Assembly: GCA_963693365.1 (NCBI GenBank)
Contig: CAVNZM010000014.1
Coordinates: 3,410,001 to 3,474,000 of the forward strand
Length of the DNA stretch: 64,000 nucleotides
From: Amoebidium appalachense
Lineage: Eukaryota > Protista > Ichthyosporea
Reading direction: 5' to 3'
Shown: piece by piece, positions 27,630 to 64,000 of the stretch
How the letters are laid out: every line of letters begins with the position of its first letter
Position numbering within the stretch: the stretch's first letter is position 1
Position numbers and translations under genes: made by a program
The notes under the pieces: model-generated
What the model saw: the letters and a program-made list of their open reading frames with translations, nothing else
Database searches by the model: none
What the model was told of the DNA's origin: nothing

Positions 27630-28465
27630 GTGCTGTGTGCGCATGTATCCATGTGTGCGCGTGCACATGTGCGTGTGTGAGATTTGTGTGCGTGTGCATG
27701 TGAGTGTGTGTCTACATGTGCGAGTGTGTTAGAGTTGTATGCGTGTGTGTGCGTGTGTATGCGTATGTGTGTGTGCGTGTGTGTGCGTGTGTGTGCGTGT
27801 GTATGCATATGTGTGTGTGTTGGGGGGCGCCGGGGGGGGGGGGGGGGGGGGGGGGGGAAGGGGGGGAGGTGAGCAGGAGGGAAGGGGGGGGGGGTTGGGG
27901 GATTTGTTGGTATTTCGATTACCTCAAGGAAGTCAAGGTCAGCAACAGTGACAGCTGCAAAAATCAGCCCCCCCCCCTCCAAAAAAAAAAAAAAAAAAAA
28001 AAACAAACAATAAAAAACAATAGGGAAAACATTTCACAACATCCGGACACCCCTTCCATGCTCTCCTAACACATTTCATGTGATACCCCTCACGTTCACC
28101 CATCCCCCCTATCTGCTCACAGCAGAATTTATTAAGTGCGTTCCTCATCTCCCCTTCGTTCTTCAAGCCCGCTCCGACCCTCCCCCCCCCCCCCCCCCCC
28201 CGCCCCCCCTCCTCCTGCCCCCCCCCCCCCTTTCGCACCGCTATCTCCTTCAACCCCCCCCCCTCCCCACCTCCCCCACCCCACCCCCCACCCCCCACCC
28301 CCCGGAACCCTCGGAACCCCCCCCTCACACCCCTCCCCCCCCCCCCCCCCCCTCCCCCTCCCCTCCTTTCTAAACCCTTCCCTTAACCCCACATCCACCC
28401 TCACAGAGACACAACGCGCACAAACCTCCCGCCGACCCGACTCTACCACACCCACCTCCACCACC

Positions 28466-29875
28466 ATGTCCCACCCACCGACCCCCTTCAGTTTCGGCCT
28501 GCCCCCACCGTCAGCGCAAAATCGCCCTCAGACCCCCCCCCACCCCCACCTGGTCACCCAATATGAGTACCCCCCGCCCGCAATATTCCGATGGACGTAC
28601 CACCACCACCCCTTCCTCAGGACGCAGCCAGGGTGCTCCCTGCTTTGGTTTCAGGGTGTGTGCCTCCTCCCCCCTCCCCCCCCTCCCCCCCCCCCCCCCC
28701 CCGCCCCCTTCCCCAGCACCCCCCCCCCCCCCCCCCCCCCCCCCCTTCCCCAGCACCACCCCCTTCCTGCCCCCCACCCCCCCCACCCCCGCCTCCCTGA
28801 CGGATAATTGTTTTTCGTCTACTTTACCACACTTTTTTCTTTGTTTTTTTTTTTTTTTTTTTTTTGGACGGAGGGGGGGGGGGGGGGAGAGGAGGATGGG
28901 GGGGGGGGGGGGGGGGGGGAAGGAGGATGGGGGGGGGGGGGGGGGGGGCATACAAGACACCCACTCACCCCTCTCCAATGCCATCTTCCTGGTCACATCT
29001 GCTTGAACCAAACCGTCTATGCAAGTTTTCTCTAACCCCCCCCCCCCCCAAAAAAAAAATCCCCCTTCCTGCCGTCACCCTAACACAGCTCTCTTATTGA
29101 AAATGTTTACCGCAACCTATTCCGCTCCCATTCACTTATTTCATTCCTCTTGAATATAAAAAATAATGGGCCGCTGCACGTCGGGGCTAGAATTTAGATA
29201 ATGGGAATCTAGATAATTAGCGTTAAAATTTCTCCAGTCCGATCGATCGCATTAAATTTAATGCATTCCATCGGGGTCTAGATTCTGGATACCCCTCTTC
29301 CAGATGTCGAATCTGGAAGAGGGGGGAGGGGGGGTCTTCCAGATGTCTGGAGCCAATCTAGAAATTGAACTGATTTCCGATTGGTCGGCTGCATTTTGTC
29401 TAGACCAATCAATAACCTTATTGAAGATCATTGGTCCAAAAGGGTTTTTTTGCATACCTGTGCTATGCTGTAGTTTCTGTCTTCTGTTTTGTTATGAAGT
29501 TTTCAGCGATACGTATATATAAACCTTGCAAAAAATATTAATATGCATATTTATAAGCTTATAAAATATTTATCACAGTCTCAGTGTTAAGTTTTTACAT
29601 TTATTTATTAAACAAAGCAAGAAACAATGTAGAGTTTCTAAATTATCTAAATCATACCTGTGCGAACCGGAACAATTTAGAATGTTCTAAAGACAATTTA
29701 GAACTTCCAGATTTGCCGCATTTCTAAATTCTAGCTCCCACGTGAAGCGGCCCAATCCCTCACAGAACCTCTCCAACCGTCCCTCCCAACATTACCCCTC
29801 CTTTTCCTTTCCCTTCCCTTCTGCCCCTCTCCCTTCCCACCCTCAAGGAATAGAAAAGAGAGTGCACACAAACAC

Positions 29876-29916
<41 letters not shown>

Positions 29917-30630
29917 ACACACACGCGTGCGCGCCACCCATCCACCCATCAACCGCTCTCCCTCCCTCCCCCCCCCTCCCTCTCCCCCCCCCCTCCACCC
30001 TTCCCCCCTAATCCCCACCACCACCCCCCCTCCACCCCACCCCATGCCCTCCCCCTTCCCTCCCCAATCCCCCACCTCACCCCTCCACCCTCCGTCTCTC
30101 CCCCCTACCCCCCTCTTCACCTCACCCCCTCCCCCCCCCTCCCCCTCCCCCCCCCCCCCCCCCCTTGCAGCCTGCCTACTCTATCCGTTCCCCCCCACCG
30201 ACCACCAGAGAATGTTCGATCTGCTGCATTTCCAAGAAAGGCAACGACATGGTTTGCGCAACCACCGAGTGCACCCACCCCCCCCACCACTGCTCCCTGT
30301 GTCTTCAGCGCTATGTCGACAAGAACATACGCTCTTCCCTCTTTGTCACTCTCAAGTGTCCTACTTCAAATTGCCGAAAGACCCTCTCGTATGTTTACCT
30401 TCCCCCCCCCTCGATCCCCTGCCCCCTTCTTTCCCCTCGTCTCTTTCTTCTTCCTATCCTCAGCCCCCCCTTCCCCCCCCTTAAACCCCCCTCCTACCCC
30501 CCCTACCCTTCCCCCCCGTCCCTCCTCATCCTTCCCCTTTCTCTTCGCCGGCTCGACACCACCTTCTTCAAGCACAAACACACACACAAAGAGAGAGAGT
30601 CGCCTTTCTTATGTTTCTCACGGTCTCACC

Positions 30631-30665
<35 letters not shown>

Positions 30666-31785
30666 GCACCCCTTTCTCCTCCTTCCATGTCATCCTCCCC
30701 ACCCCCCCACCCCCCCGGGTCCCCTCGTGGGGCTGCCCACCCAGTCACCTTCCCTCATCACTACATCTCCACTTTCCTTGCAACGGTATAAGGAATAAGA
30801 TGCTTCAATTTGTCTTTGTAAGTGCATCGATTTTGGGGCGGCATTTCCCGACTTGCTACTTATCTTTTTTACTTGTTCCCCGTCCCGGATGGTCTCTCCC
30901 CTTCCCATCTCCCCTCAACACCATGTAAACTGACCTCTTCAACCCCTCTCCCCCCCCAACACACCCACCCACCCCATCCCTCCCCCCTTCCCCCCCCCCC
31001 CCTTTCTTCCTTCCCCCACCCTCCCTTATCCCAACCTTCCCTGTTCTCTCTCTCTCTCTCTCTCTCTCTTTCCTCTTCTTTTTCCCTCCGTTTTTTCTTT
31101 TTTTCCCCTCCCCTTCTCCCTTTCCTTTTCTCCCCTTTTCCCACCCCCCAGGTACACGGACATTGAGCGCTGTGCCAGTCCCAGTGTTTTTTTTACTTAC
31201 GACAGACAGCTGCTGCGGCGCCACCTCAACGCTATTCCCGATTTTCGGTATAATTTTTAACCCCGTCGTCTCTCTCTTATACCACACACACATCTCCCTC
31301 CTTCCCGCTTGTCCAACTCACCCTCCCCCCCCCCATTTTTCCTGTTTCGATTTTCGCTCTTTTATCCTGTGGTTTTGACAGATAAGATTTTAGTGAACAA
31401 CGGGAAAGCCTCCTAGTGAACAACGGGAAAGCCTCCTCTGTGAGTGATTGAGGGTGTTTGGGGGTGTGTGTGTGTGTGTGTGTGAAGAGGAGGGGGAAGG
31501 GGGGGGGGGGGGGGGGGAGGGGGGGGAATTCGAAGACGGATGTGAATAGAAAGCCATCGAGCGAGATTTGGACGATAGCAGCCCGCTAACCACAGTTGGC
31601 AGTGCACTAACCATATAAGGCAGGTTGCTAACCATATATGGTTATTCTACTGCAGCTGGTGCAAGAACAGTGCGTGCAGTGCCGGGCAGGAGCACACCGG
31701 TGCCGATGACAATCCGATTGTGCGCTGCCATGCATGCGGTACTCGTGGCTGTTACACACACGACTCTCCCTGGCACGAGGTTTTT

Positions 31786-31834
<49 letters not shown>

Positions 31835-32256
31835 CCCCCCCCCCTCCCCCCCCTCCTCCCCCTCCCCCCCCCCCCTCCCCCCCCCCCCCCCCCCCTCCTC
31901 CCCTCCCCCCCCCCCCCCCCCCCCCCTCTCCCCCCCCCCCCCCCAAAAAAAAAAGAAAAGAAAAGAAAAGAACTGTCATTTCCAATTAATTAACAGTACT
32001 TCACTTGCAGAGCTGCAAATCAAAAATTAAAAAATCTCATATCCGCACACTCTCATTGGTTCGTATTGACCAATCACCACGCAGGGCATGACCTGCGACC
32101 AATACACTTCACACCTCGACTCTCTTGGGGAGGAGTCAGCCACCCACAGCACCATTGCCGCCACCACTAAGCCCTGCCCTCGCTGTGGTGTGCACATTGA
32201 GAAGACGGAGGGGTGTGAGCACATGACTTGCCGCCTACCTGCCGGGTATATCTCCC

Positions 32257-32321
<65 letters not shown>

Positions 32322-32829
32322 CGACCCCCAAACCCTCCCACACCCCCTCCTCCTTCCTCCCTCCTCCCCATCCTCCAACCAAAAAAAAAAAAAGAAAGAA
32401 AGAAAGGAAAGAAGGAAGCAGCAGCAGCAGCACAGAAGAAGAGAAGAAAGAAGGAAGGGGGAAAAAAGGGGGGGGGGGGGGGGGGGGGGGGGAACCTAGA
32501 AACGAAAATAAAGAATGCAAAGGGAAACAAGAAAGGAAACCCCCCCCCCCCCCCGGGTCTCCCCCATGGCCTAAATTTCTCCCTCCTTCTCCTCACTTGC
32601 ACACACACTCGAGCACAGCCCCCTGTTCCCCCCCCCCCCCCCCCCCCCCTCCCCCCTCCCGCCCCCCCCTTTACCGGCCCCCTCTCCTGCCCGGCGCGCG
32701 CGCACACACACACACATACACACGTACACATGCGCACAGTCTTAATGTTTAGGGTGTTGAATTGCCTCAGGAGATAGCTACATAGTTCGTTATGTGCATT
32801 GCTTACTTTTAGCTTCCTTCTCCACCAAC

Positions 32830-32865
<36 letters not shown>

Positions 32866-33228
32866 ACCTCCCCCCCCCCCCCCCCCCCCCCCTCCCCCCA
32901 CAAAAAAAAAAAAGAGAAAAAAAAACGGACACACATATCATACTATGCGGCCCACACTTTTTTGTGGTTTTACTGGCTTTCCAGTTGACCTGGTCCCCCC
33001 CCCCCCCCCCCCCCCCCCCCTTCCTCCTCCCCCCTCCCTCTTCACCTCCTACCATCACTTAAACCGTGATACATTTATTCTTTTAAACTAAAAAGACTTA
33101 ATATTTACAGGTGTGGGCTGGAGTTCTGCTGGCTGTGCATGGCGGACTACACACAGATCTGGCGCGATGGCAACCACCACCACCGCACCGCCTGCCGCTT
33201 CCACACCCCCTACCCTATGGCCGGCTAG
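28466..33228 (+). CDS. RBR-type (RING1-IBR-RING2) E3 ubiquitin ligase, spliced
   Basis: Exons 30171-30388 (RING1 CSICCISK...CTHPPHHCSLCLQRYV...LKCPTSNC), 31152-31247, 31656-31779 (IBR RWCKNSAC...CHACGTRGCYTHDSPWH), 32085-32245 (TKPCPRCGVHIEKTEGCEHMTC, catalytic Cys), 33111-33228 (CGLEFCWLC...*). First coding exon (~28466 or 28563 to ~28655) uncertain. Confidence 0.9.
29168..29753. mobile_element. PIF/Harbinger-like MITE
   Basis: ~30-bp TIRs GGGCCGCTGCACGTCGGGGCTAGAATTTAGA / GGGCCGCTTCACGTGGGAGCTAGAATTTAGA. 3-bp TSD AAT at 29165-29167 and 29754-29756. Inside an RBR intron. Confidence 0.85.
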
Positions 33229-33829
33229 TTTATAATACGCCGGAGCCAATCATGCTTGCCCATTTCTTTCCTTTTGTGGCTAGCGATAGGCCATTCAATG
33301 GCTCACGTTTCGCTGTCAGGTCTTTTTTTTTTTTTGGCTCCTTGTATTTTCTCTTTCTGGGGTTGAACGGCTAGGGAGCAATCCATCATCTGCCTTTAGT
33401 GTTTCCCTGTCGTATTGAAACTTTTTGATGTTTTTTCAAAAATCTCTTGAGGGAGGTTTCTTTTTTGCCACACGGAAGAATGTGGTTCATTGGTTATATG
33501 ACAGAAATTTACAAGGAGTATAAGATCCGATACAGTCTGATATTGCAGAGTCTTGTATTATACACGTGTTGATTTGGGCTTTGAAGTACCTTACACCTCG
33601 TTGCAGAAATCGCAACGTCTGCAAGGGAAATATGTACATGTAGTTCGACCGAAGCGGATTTTCGGCTCTCCAAAGGACAAATAAACAGAGACGGCGAATC
33701 GATTAAGTTCTATGGAATATGTCAAAGCGTCATGAGTGAACAATGGGGATTTCTTGTGCAAGTGATATACATATTGTCGGAAGATTTACCGATCGACTTG
33801 TCTTATCGTACAGTGTAGCAGTATAACAT

Positions 33830-33990
33830 ATATCCACGTGTTATATCCACCAAGCATATCCACGGAGTATATCCACCTAGTATATCCACGTGGTATATGC
33901 ACCCAGCATATCCACGGAGTATATCCACTCAGTATATCCACGTGGTATATGTATGCACCCAATATATCCACGGAGTATATCCACGCAGTA
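33830..33990. repeat. Short degenerate minisatellite (ATATCCAC-based units)
   Basis: Repeated ATATCCAC(G/C)... units downstream of the RBR gene. Confidence 0.7.
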
Positions 33991-34441
33991 AGCATCCACA
34001 TGGCCATAGGTGACATAAAACCATACCCGTGCCGGGCCACCAATAGCAGGCAGTGAAATAATTAATTAATATCAATTCATATTCACGGGCACATGCACAC
34101 ATCCCCGCCTACTTGGAGCCCCTCAGGCTCCCCCCCCCCCCCCCCTCCCCCCCCCTCCCCCCCCCCCCCTCCCCCCCCTCCCCCCCCCCCCCCCCCCCCT
34201 CCCCCCCCCCCCCCACCACCACCACTAAGCCCAACCCCCCCCCCCCCCCCCCCCCTTCCCCCCCCCCGGGGTCCCCTGTCCACCCCTTCAGACACAAAAT
34301 CCAACCACCCACTCACCCCACCCACTAAACACCCATCTCAAACGGACCGCCGGCCATCCCCGCTCCCTCACTTCATCTGTCCCTCCCCCCTCTGGTCAAT
34401 AGTCCCCGTCTCTCAACAAATCATTACCACCTCCCTTTGTT

Positions 34442-34514
<73 letters not shown>

Positions 34515-34958
34515 AGAAAACAAGGAAAGAAAAAGAAAAGAAGAGAAAACCCCTTTCTACCAAGGGGAATGGGAAAAAAAAAAAAAAAAAAAAAAAAACC
34601 AAAGAAGTCCCATCCCCCCCCCCCCCCCCCCCCCCCCCCCTTCACATCCACCCACCCAGCACCCCCTCCCCACACACGCACACACGCACACATACACACA
34701 CACACGCACACACACACACACAATCACACTACCCTACATTCTTGCTTCCACAATGGGGGTACTTTTCCACTCTCATTTTTAGGGTATGCAGATTTGATTT
34801 GAGGCAGGTGCAGTATATGCGAAGGAATGGTAATTATTGGATTGCCTTATTTAACCCTTGCACGATCATACTATACGCATTGCTCACCATGTTAAAACTA
34901 TATAGTATATTTATTCACTATGCAACTCGTACGATAATTATAACCCTTCTACAGGCGC

Positions 34959-35822
34959 ATGTTTAGAGTGGGGATGAAAGAGAGGGAGCCCGATGAACCC
35001 GGTGGGGTTTTATCGACAAGTTTGAAAACCCAGGCGCTCCACCCTAAATTTTTAAACCCTTGTGGTATTATAACTTCATTTGGTGCTCTATGCACAGAAA
35101 TAAATAAAAAAAAAAAAAAAATCTGGATGTGGCCATTAAGGTACGTGTTTTTGGTAGGCTAAGTGCAAGGCTTAGGCGGACCACAATCCAGCCCATCAAG
35201 TACAATTTCAGAAAAATATTTAAAAATTGAATGAAGATAAAAAGTGAAAAAGACTCTATGAGCATAAAGCGATGGCAAATAAGCACAAACATCGAGGCAT
35301 GTCAATGGAAAAGGAAACTCTTAGCCACCATCACAGTGCTATATATATAAAAAGATGCAAAGTGCAGAATATCAAGCCAAAATATCAAAGATACCTCCCG
35401 TCGTTCTTCAATAATCACCGTACGTCGTAAAAAAAACCAAAGTATAGGGATTCTTCGCCACCAGCATCTTAAACACACCTTAATTAACTACCCCTGTCTA
35501 TACGTTCAGTTTCTTCCCCATTGTGGTCAGCCCCGCATTGGTGTCATTCCTTCTTGCTGGTGGGCTCAGCATCTACAACCAAGTGAATGAAAAAAACATT
35601 GCTCAGTTTCAGAGGTTGATTGTCTATCTACTCATTACGGTTAGCTCATTGCTTGTATGGCTGGTGGCTGACGTGTTTTCAATGCCCACGGCAAGCAGCG
35701 GTTCGTCAAGCTCTAGCCTCGTCAAGACTGCCAAGTGGGCCTTGTCACTTGGCATCAAGGGGGTGGTTGATTTTGGTTACGCCCAGTGGCAGGCAACAAG
35801 AGGCAAGGCCTGTACCTTGTGA
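34959..35822 (+). CDS. Possible small membrane protein (tentative exons 34959-35140 and 35510-35822)
   Basis: Phase-compatible donor (AAG|GTACGT) and acceptor (TTCAG|). Hydrophobic stretches VSPALVSFLLAGGLSIY and LIVYLLITVSSLLVWLVADVF. No family recognised. Confidence 0.3.
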
Positions 35823-36525
35823 AGCCTACACTATGATACATGTGCAGGTCACCTCAGCTGGACTTTCTCAAGCAATTGCCGCAAACAAATTTAGTATTAT
35901 ACATTAATCACATGCCGCTTTGAAACACATCATTGCTACTTAGTACAGTTTACTACGGTACTACGTTTGCATGATTAGTTGCTTTGTGTTGCAAGTGGAC
36001 CAGGTGCATTTCAATGATCATCATCAATGATTAATATATTCACTTCACAGAGGCTGTGTCTACAATTATAACCTGTGCCAGCCCAGGCAGTGCTAGGCAT
36101 CACGGAATAATAATTATTATTGAATTAACCCATATTCGGTATCCAATCACTGCTAAGCCATGCCGCACATCTCCCCACCACCACCACCATATGGATGCAA
36201 CGCTTATTATTTCAAATAGGCTTAAATCCGAGTTTACCGTAAGTAATGTGCCGAACCCCATGATCAACATCTTCCCAACCATTTTACTCGACTCAGCCAG
36301 CGCTAACTGTGTACGTACGTAAATACATGTATACTGTATGGACCATACAGATGGCCTTGATCACACATGTACAGTGAGCCTATCATCTCAACCCAGCCAA
36401 TAACCCTACCCCAATTATATGCATCCAGCAAGCCTTAGGCTTGAAGAGCCAATATTATTAATCAGCTGTGCCTATGCTAGCCCACCTTATAATCATCTAA
36501 CATTTTGCGCATGTTAACGTTCCAG

Positions 36526-36856
36526 GAAAGGGCTCGGAGGACCCCAAGGGCGGTCTCTCTTTGAAGATATGGAATTGGATGCTCCTCGTACGGTGGATGT
36601 GCGCACCGTCCTGTGTTTTTATTTTGCGGGAAAGGTGAACGAAGAGGTGCATCCATATCTCCACACCGGGCTGCACATGCTGTCCGGCATGGGGGTGCAG
36701 CAGTTTATCCGTTTGCTTTTTCTCATGGGCCGAATCCGAAGGACGACGAGAACGACGGCCGCGGTTGGTCCGGAATTGCTACTCTGCGCCCTCTGTGGTA
36801 GTGTCTGTTGCTCGCTCTGTAACGTTAAGCTGGGTTTCTGTCGCCCGGAGCTATAG
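36526..36856 (+). CDS. Possible coding exon of unknown membrane protein
   Basis: GC-richer repeat-free segment after a CCAG acceptor. Open frame ...VLCFYFAGKVNEEVHPYLHTGLHMLSGMGVQQFIRLLFLMG... Confidence 0.25.
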
Positions 36857-37239
36857 GCCAGTCAGTGATAACGACGCATATGTGCAATCATGGCCATTAT
36901 GATAATGATACCGTACGACTAGGCTGATCCCGGAGGTATGTATGATTCATTGCCAACACTGAGTAATTACCAGCCCGATATGGCATGTACTGACCTAGCG
37001 CCGTGCACATATGTGAATGAGAGTCGGGGCATGAATGTACCATGAGATAGCTGAGATGCATGAGCCATGAGGCTCGAAGGATGTGTTGTTGCAAGTGTCA
37101 ACACAGAGACCTATATAGCTAAGTGTCTTGCTAAGTTTTTTGTACGAAGGACTGGACAGGAATAATTGCCATTGTACGATTCTCATAAGGGCGAATTAAA
37201 GTTAAATACCCAGGGGCCCTGTTGACAGTTGCATGTTAC

Positions 37240-37276
<37 letters not shown>

Positions 37277-38187
37277 TTCCCCCCCCCACCCGCCAGGCGT
37301 GGCCGCCGGCATCAATCATGTGACGCGCGGTCGCGACGCTCAAACACACCCACACACACCCACACCCACACACACACTGTGGTGAATAAAAAGTGAAGAT
37401 GAGCATACTCTGACATGGGCAGAATGGACACAAGCACACATGCCCACATGCACCATGTAAAATGCACTTGGCTGATCACTGAATGAAACTACCGGGGTTT
37501 TTTATTATTCCTGTTACTTCAATTAAATCGTTTTATTTGTTGGCTCACGGCTAACACCTGCAAATCTATGCGTTGTGTACAAACAGCAGCAATCAACCCC
37601 CCCCCCCCCCCCCTTCCCCCCTCCCTCTCGGGACCTGCCATGCCAAATGTTACAGGGAGATATACACAAAACACAAATTCAAGCACATGTGTCTAGCCAA
37701 TAGATAAAATCTTATTTGTCCCACCGAGACCATCTACTAGAACTAAGGTGTAGCTCGTGTATATTCATGTTATGCACGTGGTCCCACTATTGAATTCGAA
37801 ACAAGCAGGTCAATACTCGGCACAACAATTTTGGGGAAAATGTGCCTTTAGATAAGCAATGGTTAGGGATGTACTACAAAATCCAAGTTTTTGCATGTCA
37901 GTTTAGTGTGCTCTTTTTTATGTCTGATTTCGTGCACATACATCATACGCCTTACGTTACGAGGAACTAGGATTGTACATATGTCATGCTCTCTGATTCG
38001 CAAATATGGTACGTCCTATATCACACATTCATGTTTGATTGCACAAGTGCTCACTGAAACCTTCGGAGGCAAAGTTGAAAAATGAAAACATAAAAGGAAA
38101 AAAAAAGAGGAAAAAACAGAAAAAGCCCTTCATTCATAGGAGCTCGATTCAATAATTTCAAGGGATGAGGGGACTTAATCATAACGG

Positions 38188-56944
<18,757 letters not shown>

Positions 56945-58477
56945 GGTTGCGTATCTATGCACTAATTCGAGTCGGCACTGAAACTGGCTCTAAAAAAGTT
57001 CCTCGGTTACGAAATCTGGGTGGTGAATTATGTTTGGTTCTACCGCAGTTTTTGCTGGGACTCCTGTGCAAGTGCTTCACCAGTTCGTTGTCTCGGCAGA
57101 AGCTCCCCGTTCTATATACCTTCTTATATGAAAATAATATCGGGAAAAACCAAGAATTTTTTTTTGGAAGCCAAAAGCGCCGAAGAACACTGCGAAGACT
57201 CCAAAGCACCTGTGAGTCTTATTCAGAGTCAACGAGATCAACACCATGAAAATCTTTTGTGTTGTTTAAGTTGTGATGACTTGAACATTTAGTCCAGGAA
57301 TTGTGATGTCTGCTTTAATGTGGTTTCCTTCAATTTTTCCTGGTTCTTTTCATGGCTAAACCCCCCTATGATGTGTCTAGGTAATTTCAAAAACTTACCG
57401 TCATTACTCAACACAGCCTGAAGCTCCGTTTCTTGTTCGCAAGTGGCAAGTTCACTGCGCATGTGGCCCGGTACCGGGGCCCCGGCCTTAGTAACGCACT
57501 AGCGCACCGTGCACTGATTGGCGCAAACTGTATCACTAGTGGATGATGATTGGCGGAATAATTCGGCCTGGCGGGAGCTCAGCAGTACTAAGACTTGCAA
57601 CGTCATTTCGAAGGAGAATCTATAGTCAATAAAGAACTAAGGTGACAGTTTATTTCTGCTTATTTGTCATGACGAAATATGAAAATGGCCAGTGGACCAT
57701 GCAAAGCACTTGAGCAGCTAGCTCCTAGGCCTTGGCCAAGCTCGAGCTCCCGGCCCCGCGCGCCCCCGCGCCTGAATCAATATTGCTCAGTAATCTCTCT
57801 TCTCTAGTATCAGCCTGAGTGAACGGAGGAGCATTCCAAATAGAAAAAACACCTTCGTAATGAAAATCATCCGCTCGAAAAGAAACTCAACTTACAGTAA
57901 TTGTGGGTGGGAGTGAGGGTAGGGTGGGCTCAGGGCTGGCGGCCGCCGGGGAAGAGAGCGGGGAATCAATCAGTAACAGTCTGCTTGTGACGGAGCAGTG
58001 ATTGGTTATAAGTCATGACAGTCTATCACCAGTTAGCACAACCAATCATATCAGTTAAAGAAATAACTATAAATGGTAATGTAAACATTTAAAGTCGGTC
58101 TACCTAGTACCCTCACGTGGATGTCTGTGCACGTGCAGTGATTGTGATTGTGACGTGATTGTGATGTAAACATGTACACGAGATCATGAGGGCACATTTT
58201 GCAGCAACTTCGCTCTATGAGCCATCTTGTGGTGCTCATGCTTCGTGTACAGTTCTCTTTGGGACTCATCACAATCTCCACGAGGAAACTTCCAGCTAGT
58301 TTACACAGTCTCCAGCTACAATTTTTTTTTCTTTCTTTTACTTTTTTTTTTTCCCCCTCTTCTTTTTGGTAGGCCTCATTGGCGTCCGCTATGTTTCTAC
58401 CACAACCCATATATAATCTATTCAATGAAAATTAACCTTGTGTTTATCGATATCCCTTATACCAACCATTTTTTAAA

Positions 58478-63894
<5,417 letters not shown>

Positions 63895-64000
63895 GTGGTG
63901 CCCCCCCCCCCCCCCCCCCCCCCTCTCCCCCCCTCCCCTCCCCCTCCTCTTCTCCTACCAAATGTCCTCCCTCCCCCCCCCCCCCCCCCCCGGCCCCCTC

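Overview
Eukaryotic genomic DNA, intron-rich and extremely rich in poly(C)/poly(G) and (CA)n/(GT)n tracts. Almost all ORFs in the supplied track are artefacts of these tracts. Manual splicing recovers an intronless Ser/Thr/Pro-rich coiled-coil gene (-), an ADA2/TADA2 SAGA adaptor gene (-), a TMEM70-family mitochondrial protein (+), an RBR E3 ligase (+), an Nramp/SLC11 transporter (-) and a secreted bacterial-type GH20 chitobiase (+, runs off the window end). There is also a LINE 3' fragment with a (CA)n tail, three TIR elements, minisatellites and a tRNA-Asn/retroelement chimera with a 10-bp TSD. The main unexplained signal is a family of short elements (about ten copies, several subfamilies) inserted into G/C tracts. 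They have a fixed 3' end (TTCAA/TTCTAA + C-run), staggered 5' ends and a covarying pseudoknotted RNA core carrying hammerhead-like pieces in permuted order. Introns also show a transcription-polarised layout (poly-C after donors, (CA)n before acceptors) and repeated echo copies of splice junctions. Four 1-nt frame discrepancies sit in homopolymers and are probably assembly errors. All coordinates were read by eye.
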